A DNA stretch of 47,658 nucleotides from an uncultured Sulfurospirillum sp. (lineage in GTDB: Bacteria > Campylobacterota > Campylobacteria > Campylobacterales > Sulfurospirillaceae). Where the stretch lies: the NCBI GenBank assembly GCA_964530865.1, contig CAZHBU010000006.1, positions 1 through 47,658 on the forward strand, written 5' to 3'. The position numbers and the translations under genes were made by a program. Every line of letters starts with the position of its first letter. Position 1 is the first letter of the stretch. Positions 31,327-40,301 of this stretch are shown in pieces. The notes below the pieces were generated by a model. It made no database searches and was not told the DNA's origin. It was given only the letters and a program-made list of their open reading frames with translations.

Positions 31327-32361
31327 ATGAAAATTGGTATAGTTTTTGGTGGAAAAAGTTTTGAACATGAGATAAGCATAGTAAGTGCGATTGCTATGAA
31401 GAAGGTTCTTGACGCGGAATTAGTATATATTTTTTGTGATTATAATAGAGATTTTTATCTTATACCAACAGATAAAATAAACTCAAAACGATTTAGTAGT
31501 GGTGAGTATAAAAAAGACAAAAAACTTACTATAAAAAATGGCGGATTTTTTCAAAAAAGTATGATGAGTGAAAAGATAGTTGATATTGATGTAGCTCTTA
31601 ATCTTTCTCATGGAGCTGATGGTGAAGATGGTAAACTTGCTTCACTTTTAGAGTTTTTTAAAATAGCGTTTATAGGTCCTAGAGTTGAAGCTAGTGTGGT
31701 AAGCTGTAACAAACTTTTTACTAAGATGTATGCAAAAGAGTTTGGTGTTAAAGTGTTAGATTATAAAACTTTAGAGAAGAGTAGCTCTCGTGATGTTGAG
31801 TTAGAGTATCCAGTGATTATAAAACCAACAAGGCTAGGTAGTTCTATTGGAATAAGTATCGTTAAGAGTAAAGATGAACTTGACTACGCTCTCGATGTTG
31901 CGTTTGAGTTTGATACTCAAGTGGTTATTGAACCTTTTATGGAAGGTATTAAAGAGTACAACTTAGCAGGGTGTAAAACTAATAGTTATCAGTTTTCTAT
32001 AGTTGAAGAGCCTAAGAAAGAGGAGTTTTTGGATTTTGACAAGAAGTATTTGGATTTTTCAAGAACTTCAAGAGTAAATGAAGCAGATTTGAATGAAAAT
32101 GAAGTTGAGAAGTTAAAAGAAGCATTTGTTAAGATTTATGAGCCATCATTTGCAGGGGCTTTGATAAGATGTGATTTTTTTGTGCTTGATGGTGAAGTAT
32201 ATCTCAACGAGATAAATCCAGTTCCAGGAAGTATGGCTAATTACCTTTTTAATGATTTTGATATAATCATATCTGATTTATCAAGCTTTTTACCAAAAGC
32301 TATAAATGTACCAACTCAGTATAAATATATAAACTCAATCCAAGCTGCAAAAGGCAAATAA
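31327..32361 (+). CDS. ddl: D-alanine--D-alanine ligase
   Basis: FGGKSFEHEISI, HGADGEDG, LGSSIG, NEINPVPGS. Confidence 0.96.
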   Translation: MKIGIVFGGKSFEHEISIVSAIAMKKVLDAELVYIFCDYNRDFYLIPTDKINSKRFSSGEYKKDKKLTIKNGGFFQKSMMSEKIVDIDVALNLSHGADGEDGKLASLLEFFKIAFIGPRVEASVVSCNKLFTKMYAKEFGVKVLDYKTLEKSSSRDVELEYPVIIKPTRLGSSIGISIVKSKDELDYALDVAFEFDTQVVIEPFMEGIKEYNLAGCKTNSYQFSIVEEPKKEEFLDFDKKYLDFSRTSRVNEADLNENEVEKLKEAFVKIYEPSFAGALIRCDFFVLDGEVYLNEINPVPGSMANYLFNDFDIIISDLSSFLPKAINVPTQYKYINSIQAAKGK

Positions 32362-32585
32362 TGACTAGTTTTACTCAAGATGAAGTTATAAGTGCAACAG
32401 ACGTAGTACGTAACTTTAGTAGTGAACTTAAAAGTTTAACTAGTGGTGAGAAAGAAAAACTTGTGATAGTAAAAAATAACCGTTTTGAAGCTGTGATAAT
32501 TCCACTTGAAGAGTACGAACGTATGAGCGAAGCAGTGAAGATTTTAGAAAAAATATATCAAAAGACTAAACCAAATGGCGCTTAG
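32361..32585 (+). CDS. Phd/YefM-family antitoxin-like protein (no adjacent toxin)
   Basis: ISATDVVRNFS..L..EKLVIVKNNRFEAVIIPLEEYE matches the Phd/YefM pattern. Confidence 0.82.
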   Translation: MTSFTQDEVISATDVVRNFSSELKSLTSGEKEKLVIVKNNRFEAVIIPLEEYERMSEAVKILEKIYQKTKPNGA

Positions 32586-33291
32586 AGAGCTAAAGTATAA
32601 CTCTCACGCTTATTCAATAAGCTATGAGATTTTAAATCAAAAACAAAATAATGCGATAGTTTTTCTTCATGGATGGGGAAGTAACAAAGAGATAATGAAA
32701 CAAGCTTTTGCAACAAAGTTAAAAAGATTTAGATTGATATTCTTAGATTTACCAGGCTTTGGAAGTTCTTCAATAGATAGTCCTATAAGAACAGATGATT
32801 ATGCTTTAATAGTAAAACTTTTTTTAGATTCTCTACATGTAAAAAGTTTTTCTATAATAGGACACTCATTTGGTGGTAAAATTGGAGCTATTTTAAATCC
32901 CAAAAATCTTATACTACTTAGTAGTGCAGGAATTTTAGTTGAAAAATCTTTAAAAGTAAAAACTAAAATAAGATTTTTTAAAATATTTAAAAATATAGTT
33001 CCTAATAGTATGTATAAGTTTTTTGCAAGTGATGATGTAAGTGGTATGAGTCAAGTTATGTATGAAACACTAAAGAGTGTTGTTGATGAGGACTTCAGTC
33101 CTATATTTAAAAAAGTTACCTCTAAAACTTTTATTTTTTGGGGTAAAGAGGATAAGGCAACACCACTTAGTAGTGGTAAAAAGATTTCACAAATTATAAG
33201 AAATAGTAATTTTTATCCTTTGGATGGAGATCATTTTTTCTTTATAAAAAATTCAAAGTTTATTACAGAGGTGATAGATGAACAGTTATAA
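32575..33291 (+). CDS. Alpha/beta hydrolase
   Basis: LHGWG, DLPGFG, GHSFGG nucleophile elbow, WGKED, C-terminal His. Confidence 0.92.
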   Translation: MALRELKYNSHAYSISYEILNQKQNNAIVFLHGWGSNKEIMKQAFATKLKRFRLIFLDLPGFGSSSIDSPIRTDDYALIVKLFLDSLHVKSFSIIGHSFGGKIGAILNPKNLILLSSAGILVEKSLKVKTKIRFFKIFKNIVPNSMYKFFASDDVSGMSQVMYETLKSVVDEDFSPIFKKVTSKTFIFWGKEDKATPLSSGKKISQIIRNSNFYPLDGDHFFFIKNSKFITEVIDEQL

Positions 33292-33550
33292 GTTTACTAT
33301 TTTTGGAAGAGTTCAGGGAGTTTGGTATAGAAAATATATCATGCAGATTGCAAAGACTCTTGGTTTTGTAGGTTATGTTAAAAATCTTTCAAATGGTTGT
33401 GTTGAAGTTGTAGTCAATTTAGATTTGCAAAGTGAATTAGAGGCTTTTGTTAGTAAGCTTTATGATGGGAGTACTTTTTCTAAAGTTACAGATGTGGAGT
33501 GCTTAAAGATAGATTTCATAGATTTTGAAAAGTTCGAGAAAATAAGCTAA
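33278..33550 (+). CDS. acyP: Acylphosphatase
   Basis: GRVQGVWYR, GYVKNLSNG. Confidence 0.92.
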   Translation: MNSYKFTIFGRVQGVWYRKYIMQIAKTLGFVGYVKNLSNGCVEVVVNLDLQSELEAFVSKLYDGSTFSKVTDVECLKIDFIDFEKFEKIS

Positions 33551-34980
33551 TGGAAATTTTTTATTTTATTTCACATATTGTTTTTGTTTTAGTTGTTGGT
33601 TATTATGTCATCAGTGCATTGCAATGGTATAGTTATAAACTTGAACGAGTAGTTTTTCATTTTAACCGATATGATTGGCATCTGTTTTTCTTTTTAGTGC
33701 CTATTTTTGTCTATTATTTAGCAGAAAACTTTTTTTGGATTTATCTGTATGCTCTTTTAATGCCAACTCTATTTTTGTGGTATAGAAAGCTTGATAAAAA
33801 GCTTGTTTTTACTGCTCGTGTTAAGCGGTATTTTCTTTTTCTTTTTTTAGCAACTCTTTTTCAAAATACTCTTTGTTTGATTACTCCTAATTGTGCCAAT
33901 TTTGGCGTTATACTCCCTCTTTTTGTTGCCATTTTCATAAGTATGCTTTTTGAAAAAATTCTTTTTGAAGGTTTTAAAAAAACTGCGCAAAAAAAACTTG
34001 AAGAAAACAAAAATCTTACTATAGTAGCCATAACAGCAAGTTTTGGAAAAACAAGTATAAAAAACTATCTATTTCAAATCCTTTCACATAAGTATAACTG
34101 TTATATGACTCCAAGAAGTGTTAATACTCTTGGTGGTATTATGAAAGATATTAATGATGATTTACCTTCCCAAACTGAAATTTATATAGTAGAGGCAGGA
34201 GCAAGACTTAAAGGTGACATAAACGAGATAACAACACTAGTAAATCCTCACTATGCAATAGTAGGTAAGATTGGTGAACAGCACATAGAATACTTTAAAA
34301 CTTTAGAAAATATACGAAACACAAAAATGGAACTTCTAAACTCCAATAGACTTAAAAATGCTTATGTACATGTAAGCGCTAATGTAAAACCAGATAGTAA
34401 AACTATAGTTTATGGAGATGAGTTAAAAAATGTTCGTTCAACTCTTGATGGACTATATTTTGATGTGCTGATAGACGGAAAAATAGAGAGTTTTTTTACT
34501 CCTTTACTTGGTTCATTTAATGCTATGAATATTCTAGCTTGTATAATGATGGCAAAATCAAAAATGAGTATAGAAGAGATAAGAGAAGCAGTAGCCAATT
34601 TAAAAGGTGTAAATCATAGACTTGAACGTATTGATGCTGGTGGAAAAGTAATTATTGATGATAGTTTTAACGGTAATTTAGAGGGTATGTTAGCATCTTA
34701 TGATTTAGCATCTTTATACGATGGTAGACGTGTTATTGTAACTCCTGGCATAGTTGAGAGTACAAAAGAAGCCAATGTAGAGATAGCTGAAAAAATTGAC
34801 AGTGTGTTTGATGTAGTTATATTAACTGGAAAAACAAATTTGGATTTACTTTCCAAACATATAAAAAAAGCACAGAAGATTATAGTAAAAGATAAAAGTG
34901 ATATAGAACAAGTACTAAGTGAGTCTACATGTAAAGGTGATTTGATACTCTTTTCAAATGATACTCCTAGTTTTATGTAA
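33550..34980 (+). CDS. murF: UDP-MurNAc-tripeptide--D-Ala-D-Ala ligase (MurF-like) with N-terminal membrane segment
   Basis: ITASFGKTS P-loop, EAGAR, QHIEYF, IIDDSFN; in an operon with ddl. Confidence 0.8.
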   Translation: MEIFYFISHIVFVLVVGYYVISALQWYSYKLERVVFHFNRYDWHLFFFLVPIFVYYLAENFFWIYLYALLMPTLFLWYRKLDKKLVFTARVKRYFLFLFLATLFQNTLCLITPNCANFGVILPLFVAIFISMLFEKILFEGFKKTAQKKLEENKNLTIVAITASFGKTSIKNYLFQILSHKYNCYMTPRSVNTLGGIMKDINDDLPSQTEIYIVEAGARLKGDINEITTLVNPHYAIVGKIGEQHIEYFKTLENIRNTKMELLNSNRLKNAYVHVSANVKPDSKTIVYGDELKNVRSTLDGLYFDVLIDGKIESFFTPLLGSFNAMNILACIMMAKSKMSIEEIREAVANLKGVNHRLERIDAGGKVIIDDSFNGNLEGMLASYDLASLYDGRRVIVTPGIVESTKEANVEIAEKIDSVFDVVILTGKTNLDLLSKHIKKAQKIIVKDKSDIEQVLSESTCKGDLILFSNDTPSFM

Positions 34981-35044
34981 TCTCATTTTTTTTACATAAG
35001 TTTGTTATATGATTTCATAGTGTAATTTATAAGGGAGTGTACAA

Positions 35045-37135
35045 ATGGGAGTTAAGAGTTTATATATTTCATCAATAGAAGCAGCTGCTGGTAGTCTTAT
35101 CGTGACTATGGGTATGATGGAGATTTTAAAAAGAAGATTGGGCAGAGTGGCATTTTTTAGACCCATCATAGAGGATAGAGAAGAGCGTGATCATGATATA
35201 GAGTTTGTTTTAGAAAAGTATGACTTAGATATGAGATACTCTCAGAGTTATGGTTTTACAGTTCATGAAGCAGAAGCTATGATAGCTGATAACGGAACAA
35301 ATGAGCTTATAGAGCAATTGATAGAAAAGTTTAAAAAGTTAGAAAAAAAGTATGATTTTGTTTTGATTGAGGGTTTAAATCAATCATGTTTTACTCAAAG
35401 TTTGGATTTTGATATAAACTTGTTAATAGCAAAAAATATAGGAAGTCCACTAGTTAGTATACTTAAAGGTAAAGATAAGAGTAAAAAAGAGGTAGTTGAT
35501 GAGATTGCTATAGAGTCTGATGTTATAAAAAAAGCAGGCTGTAGTCACTTTGCCACTTTTGTAAATAGAATGGATGAAAAAGTTCTTAGTAAACTTTCAA
35601 ATATTATAACGGATATACCAACCTATTATTTACCAGAGGTATCAGAACTTGATACTCCAACTGTAAATGAAATCATGAATAAATTGAACTGTATGTTAGT
35701 TCTTGGTGAACAAAAAGATCTAAAACGTGTTGTTAGGCAAAGTAAAATTGCAGCAATGAAATTAGAAAACTTTTTAGAGCATATTGAAGATGGTGATTTG
35801 ATTATCGTTCCTGGAGATCGTGCAGATATTATTGTGGGTTCAATTGCAACAATTCAATCAAGAAATTATCCAAATATAGCCGGTCTTTTACTTACTGGTG
35901 GCATGACGCCAAATCGTGCTATTAAAAATTTGTTTGAGGGTTTTAGTGAATTTCCAATGCCAATTTTAAGTGTAAATGATGATACTTACACAACAGCTAT
36001 GAAAGTTAATGATGTTCCTGCTCAAATAACAGCAAAGAGTGAGAGAAAAATTGCACTTGCACAAGGTCTTTTTAGTTCAAACGTTGATATTAAAAGAATA
36101 GAAGAGAAAATAACACTGGCTTCATCAAAAACAATAACACCAATCATGTTTGAATATAATCTTTTTGAGAGAGCTAGATCAAATAGAAAGAAGATAGTTC
36201 TTCCAGAGAGTGAGGATGAGAGAATTTTAAGAGCAACAGAGATACTTTTAAGACGTGATGTTGTAGATATAGTGCTTTTGGGAGATAAAGAAGATATTGA
36301 GCATAGAAGTGCATCTTTGGGGCTTGATATAAGTAAAGCTGAAATTGTTTGTCCTTGTGAATCACCTCTTATGGATACATTTGTACAAGAATTTTATGAG
36401 TTAAGAAAGAAAAAAGGATTGACTTTAGAGGCTGCAAAAGATGCGATGATGCATGTAACATATTTTGCAACTATGATGGTTCATTTAGGACATGCTGATG
36501 GCATGGTTTCTGGTGCAATTCATACAACAGGTGACACTATAAGACCAGCCCTTCAAATCATAAAAATGAAACCAGGAATTTCAACTGTTTCAAGTATCTT
36601 TTTTATGTGTTTAGATACAAAAGTTTTAGTTTATGGTGATTGTGCAGTGAATCAAGATCCAAATGCAAATGAATTGGCTCAGATTGCAATTTCTTCAAGT
36701 GATACAGCCAAGATGTTTGGAATTGATCCAAAAGTTGCTATGCTCTCTTACTCTACAGGAAGTTCTGGACAGGGTGATGATGTTGAAAAAGTAAGAGTTG
36801 CTACAAAGCTAGTTAAAGAGCTTAGAGATGATGTTTTTGTTGAGGGACCTATTCAGTATGATGCTGCGATTGACCCAAAAGTTGCTAAGAAAAAATTGCC
36901 AAATTCTGAAGTTGCAGGAAAAGCAAGTATATTTATTTTTCCAGATTTAAATACAGGAAACAATACCTACAAAGCAGTACAAAGAAGTTCAGGTGCAGTT
37001 GCAATTGGACCAGTTCTGCAAGGACTTAAAAAACCAGTAAATGACCTTAGTCGAGGCTGTTTAGTTGCTGATATTGTCAATACAGTAGCTATTACAGTGA
37101 TTCAAGCACAAGAAAATAACGAGGGAGAATCATGA
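35045..37135 (+). CDS. pta: Phosphate acetyltransferase, long form (BioD-like + DRTGG + PTA domains)
   Basis: PGDRAD, LLLTGG, IVLPE, GPIQYDAA, FPDLNTGN, NDLSRG. Confidence 0.96.
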   Translation: MGVKSLYISSIEAAAGSLIVTMGMMEILKRRLGRVAFFRPIIEDREERDHDIEFVLEKYDLDMRYSQSYGFTVHEAEAMIADNGTNELIEQLIEKFKKLEKKYDFVLIEGLNQSCFTQSLDFDINLLIAKNIGSPLVSILKGKDKSKKEVVDEIAIESDVIKKAGCSHFATFVNRMDEKVLSKLSNIITDIPTYYLPEVSELDTPTVNEIMNKLNCMLVLGEQKDLKRVVRQSKIAAMKLENFLEHIEDGDLIIVPGDRADIIVGSIATIQSRNYPNIAGLLLTGGMTPNRAIKNLFEGFSEFPMPILSVNDDTYTTAMKVNDVPAQITAKSERKIALAQGLFSSNVDIKRIEEKITLASSKTITPIMFEYNLFERARSNRKKIVLPESEDERILRATEILLRRDVVDIVLLGDKEDIEHRSASLGLDISKAEIVCPCESPLMDTFVQEFYELRKKKGLTLEAAKDAMMHVTYFATMMVHLGHADGMVSGAIHTTGDTIRPALQIIKMKPGISTVSSIFFMCLDTKVLVYGDCAVNQDPNANELAQIAISSSDTAKMFGIDPKVAMLSYSTGSSGQGDDVEKVRVATKLVKELRDDVFVEGPIQYDAAIDPKVAKKKLPNSEVAGKASIFIFPDLNTGNNTYKAVQRSSGAVAIGPVLQGLKKPVNDLSRGCLVADIVNTVAITVIQAQENNEGES

Positions 37136-38313
37136 AAATTTTAGTATTAAATTCAGGCAGTTCGTCTATAAAGTTTCAACTATTTGAAATGGATGAAAAT
37201 AGATCTCTAGCAAGTGGTCTAATAGAGCAGATTGGTGAAAATGATTCATATGCTAAAATCGAATTTGAAGGTAAAAAAATAGAGAAAATAGAGCCTATTA
37301 AAGACCATAATAGTGGTTTGAAACTTATGAATATGCTTTTGATTGAATCTTTTTCAATTAAAAGTTTAGATGAGCTAGGAGCCATTGGGCATAGAGTTGT
37401 TCATGGTGGAGAAAAGTTTTCAAAACCCGTTATTGTAAATGAAGAAGTTCTAGATGAAATAGAAAAACTTATACCCTTAGCACCACTTCATAATCCTGCC
37501 AATCTTGATGGCATAAAAGTGACAATGAAACAATCTCCAAAAGTTCCTCAAATTGCGGTGTTTGATACAGCATTTCATGCAACAATTCCTAGTTATGCCT
37601 ACATGTATGCTTTACCTTATGAAAATTATGAAAAAGATGGTGTTAGAAGATATGGTTTTCATGGAACTTCACATCACTATGTTACAAAAGAAGCATCTAA
37701 GTATTTAGGAAAAGATAATTTAAATATAATTACACTACATCTTGGCAATGGTGCTAGTATGGCTGCAGTTAAAGATGGAAAATGTGTTGATACTACCATG
37801 GGATTGACTCCACTAGAGGGTTTGATTATGGGAACTAGAAGTGGTGATTTAGATCCAGCAATACTTTTTTATCTTGCAAGAAAAAATGGTTTAGATATTG
37901 AGGATTTAGATAAACTTTTAAATAAGAAGAGTGGATTAAAAGGAATTTGTGGTAGCAATGATATGCGTGAAGTTGAACAGATGGCTGAAAATGGTGATAG
38001 TAAAGCACAGTTAGCTCTTGATATGTTTGCTTATCGTATAAAAAAATATATCGGTTCATATAATGCTGTTGTTGGTAAGCTTGATTGTATCATCTTTACT
38101 GGTGGCATTGGAGAAAATGATATAGACACAAGAGAAAGATGTTGCGAAAATTTAGAAAATTTAGGAATAGAGTTAGATCTAGTTAAAAACAATCAACGAG
38201 CAAAAGGAATTTTAGACATATCTACAAAAAATAGCAGAGTTAAAGTACTTATAATACCTACAAATGAAGAACTTGAGATTGCAATACAGGCATACTCACT
38301 TTTAGGAACTTAA
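37132..38313 (+). CDS. ackA: Acetate kinase
   Basis: NSGSSSIK, GHRVVHGG, APLHNP, YGFHGTSH, TNEE. Confidence 0.98.
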   Translation: MKILVLNSGSSSIKFQLFEMDENRSLASGLIEQIGENDSYAKIEFEGKKIEKIEPIKDHNSGLKLMNMLLIESFSIKSLDELGAIGHRVVHGGEKFSKPVIVNEEVLDEIEKLIPLAPLHNPANLDGIKVTMKQSPKVPQIAVFDTAFHATIPSYAYMYALPYENYEKDGVRRYGFHGTSHHYVTKEASKYLGKDNLNIITLHLGNGASMAAVKDGKCVDTTMGLTPLEGLIMGTRSGDLDPAILFYLARKNGLDIEDLDKLLNKKSGLKGICGSNDMREVEQMAENGDSKAQLALDMFAYRIKKYIGSYNAVVGKLDCIIFTGGIGENDIDTRERCCENLENLGIELDLVKNNQRAKGILDISTKNSRVKVLIIPTNEELEIAIQAYSLLGT

Positions 38314-38320
38314 ATTGCTT
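38303..38320 (+). promoter_or_regulatory. Sigma54 (-24/-12) promoter of flgH
   Basis: TAGGAACTTAAATTGCTT: GG (38305-6)-N10-GC (38317-8), close to the Campylobacterota TTGGAAC-N5-TTGCTT consensus. Confidence 0.8.
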
Positions 38321-38351
38321 AATATATGAAAGAAAATAATTTGGAGAGTAA

Positions 38352-39038
38352 ATGAAAATATCTTTATCTATAGCTGTGATAGGAATTTTGTTTGTAGGTT
38401 GCTCAACACATCCTGTTGACCCTAAGATGGATATGAAACCACCTGCTTATGTGGAACAGCTTCCTCCTTCAACAAAGCAACAGATAGTATCAAATCCAGG
38501 TAGTCTTTTTGGTCAAGGAGAAAACCCTTTGTTTGCTGATTTAAAGGCTATGAATCCAAATGATATAGTTACTGTTGTTATAAGTGAAACGATAGCACAA
38601 AGCTCAACTGGTCAAAAGACTATTACAGAAGAGAGTAATGATAAGCTTGGAGCTGGCGTATTTAGTGGTATTGGCGGTACTCTTCTTAATAAAGCTGGAA
38701 AAATTGGTTTTGAAGCAGGATCTACTAACTCATATAAAGGGAGTGGTAAAAATACAAGAAATGAATCTTTTACTACAACAATTTCAGCTAGAATTATTAA
38801 GATACTTAAAAATGGAAACTATTTTATAGCAGGAAATCGTGAACTTCTTGTTAATGGCGAAAAACAAATAGTACAGATAAGTGGTGTTATACGTCCTTAT
38901 GATATAGACCAAAAAAATACAATTGACTCAAAGTATATAGCCGATGCAAAGATACTTTACAAAACTGAAGGCGAGATAGATCAAGCTACTGAAAAACCAT
39001 GGGGTTCTAAGTATGTTGAATCAATCTGGCCTTTTTAA
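38352..39038 (+). CDS. flgH: Flagellar L-ring lipoprotein
   Basis: Lipobox FVG|C, GSLF, DIVTV, SGVIRPYDI, IADAKI, C-terminal WPF. Confidence 0.96.
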   Translation: MKISLSIAVIGILFVGCSTHPVDPKMDMKPPAYVEQLPPSTKQQIVSNPGSLFGQGENPLFADLKAMNPNDIVTVVISETIAQSSTGQKTITEESNDKLGAGVFSGIGGTLLNKAGKIGFEAGSTNSYKGSGKNTRNESFTTTISARIIKILKNGNYFIAGNRELLVNGEKQIVQISGVIRPYDIDQKNTIDSKYIADAKILYKTEGEIDQATEKPWGSKYVESIWPF

Positions 39039-39039
39039 T

Positions 39040-39060
39040 AAGTAGGTTTTTAACCTACTT
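39040..39060. terminator. Bidirectional hairpin between convergent flgH and the gspF-like gene
   Basis: AAGTAGGTT-TTT-AACCTACTT perfect 9-bp inverted repeat. Confidence 0.65.
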
Positions 39061-40301
39061 TAGTTTTTAACAGCTTGTGCCATATCCCACATTGGCATAA
39101 AAATACCAAGTGCCATTAGAAGAACCATACCTGCAATAAATGCAAGTAAGATAGGCTCAATATATGCTGCAATATTATCAATAATCTCATTAAATTTTGA
39201 CTTAAAATAGCCTGTAACTTTATCTAACATTTTATCAAGAGTACCACTTTGTTCACCTGCATGAATCATTTGCACAAGCATACCTTCAAACAAGCCAGTG
39301 TCTCTAAAAGATTCAGTTAAAGATATACCACGACTCACGGAGGTTTTAACAGCTGCTAGTTTTTTCTTAAGATGCACATTATCAAGTGTCAAAAGTGCAG
39401 TATCTAAAGCGTCAGATATAGGTATACCTGCCCTAATTAACTCTGTAAAAACAAGAGTAAATCTACTTAACGTAGCATAAAATGTAATATTTCCTATAAG
39501 GTATACTTTTAGAATATATCTATCATATTGTGCTTTAAAATCTGTGTTGTTTTTCAGTAAGTATTTAAAAGTTACAATAGTTGCTATAAGCCCTATGAGT
39601 AGTAGATGACCATAATTATTGACCATATGTTCCATAAAAAGTAATATTTTTGTAGGAACAGGAAGATCTGCATGTAGTTTAGCAAATATATCTTTAAATT
39701 TTGGAACAACATATACCATAAGAATTGTGAATGCTATACCAATTGCAATTATTACTGTAATAGGATATCTTAAAGCTTTTTTAAATTTTTGTCTATTTTC
39801 TTCTATTTCTTCCAAAATTTCTGCAAGTTTTTCAAGAGATTCTGCCATATTACCAGTACTCTCTCCAAGCTCTACCATAGCTATGGTGACATCACCTAAT
39901 TCATGTCTAAAACTCATCATTGATTCAGTTAAACTAAGTCCTGAGTTCAAATCATCATCAACTTGTTCAAATATTTCTTTTAGAGTTTTATCGACTGTAG
40001 CCTTTGAAACTTCTTTTATACTATCATGAATAGATATACCAGCATCTGTCATAACTGCTAGTTGTCTTATAGCTGCAATTAAATCTTTCATTTGAATACT
40101 TTTTTTAGTGATAGCATTCATGATATTATTTTTTAGATTTTCCAATTGATCTTCTACTGGAGCAGAAGTCTCTTTTACATTTAAAATAACTCCTGGAATT
40201 TTTGATTTTGCCATACTAATAGCATCATTTTTATTTGGAGCTTTAATAACCTTAATAGCTTTTTTCCCTTTAAATAGGGAGTGTATTTCAAAATATTTCA
40301 T
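39060..40301 (-). CDS. GspF/PilC-family platform protein (MshG/CtsF-like)
   Basis: RQLAVMTDAGI, GESTG, ALRYP, GEQSGTLD, IEP..FMPMW. Confidence 0.93.
   Translation of the reverse strand: MKYFEIHSLFKGKKAIKVIKAPNKNDAISMAKSKIPGVILNVKETSAPVEDQLENLKNNIMNAITKKSIQMKDLIAAIRQLAVMTDAGISIHDSIKEVSKATVDKTLKEIFEQVDDDLNSGLSLTESMMSFRHELGDVTIAMVELGESTGNMAESLEKLAEILEEIEENRQKFKKALRYPITVIIAIGIAFTILMVYVVPKFKDIFAKLHADLPVPTKILLFMEHMVNNYGHLLLIGLIATIVTFKYLLKNNTDFKAQYDRYILKVYLIGNITFYATLSRFTLVFTELIRAGIPISDALDTALLTLDNVHLKKKLAAVKTSVSRGISLTESFRDTGLFEGMLVQMIHAGEQSGTLDKMLDKVTGYFKSKFNEIIDNIAAYIEPILLAFIAGMVLLMALGIFMPMWDMAQAVKN

Noticed and set aside
30904-31368. 154-aa antisense ORF over ruvA, and similar long antisense ORFs at 39619, 41076 and 44250
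   Set aside because: Codon-mirror artefacts of well-supported genes; Ser/Phe/Ile-rich with no motifs.
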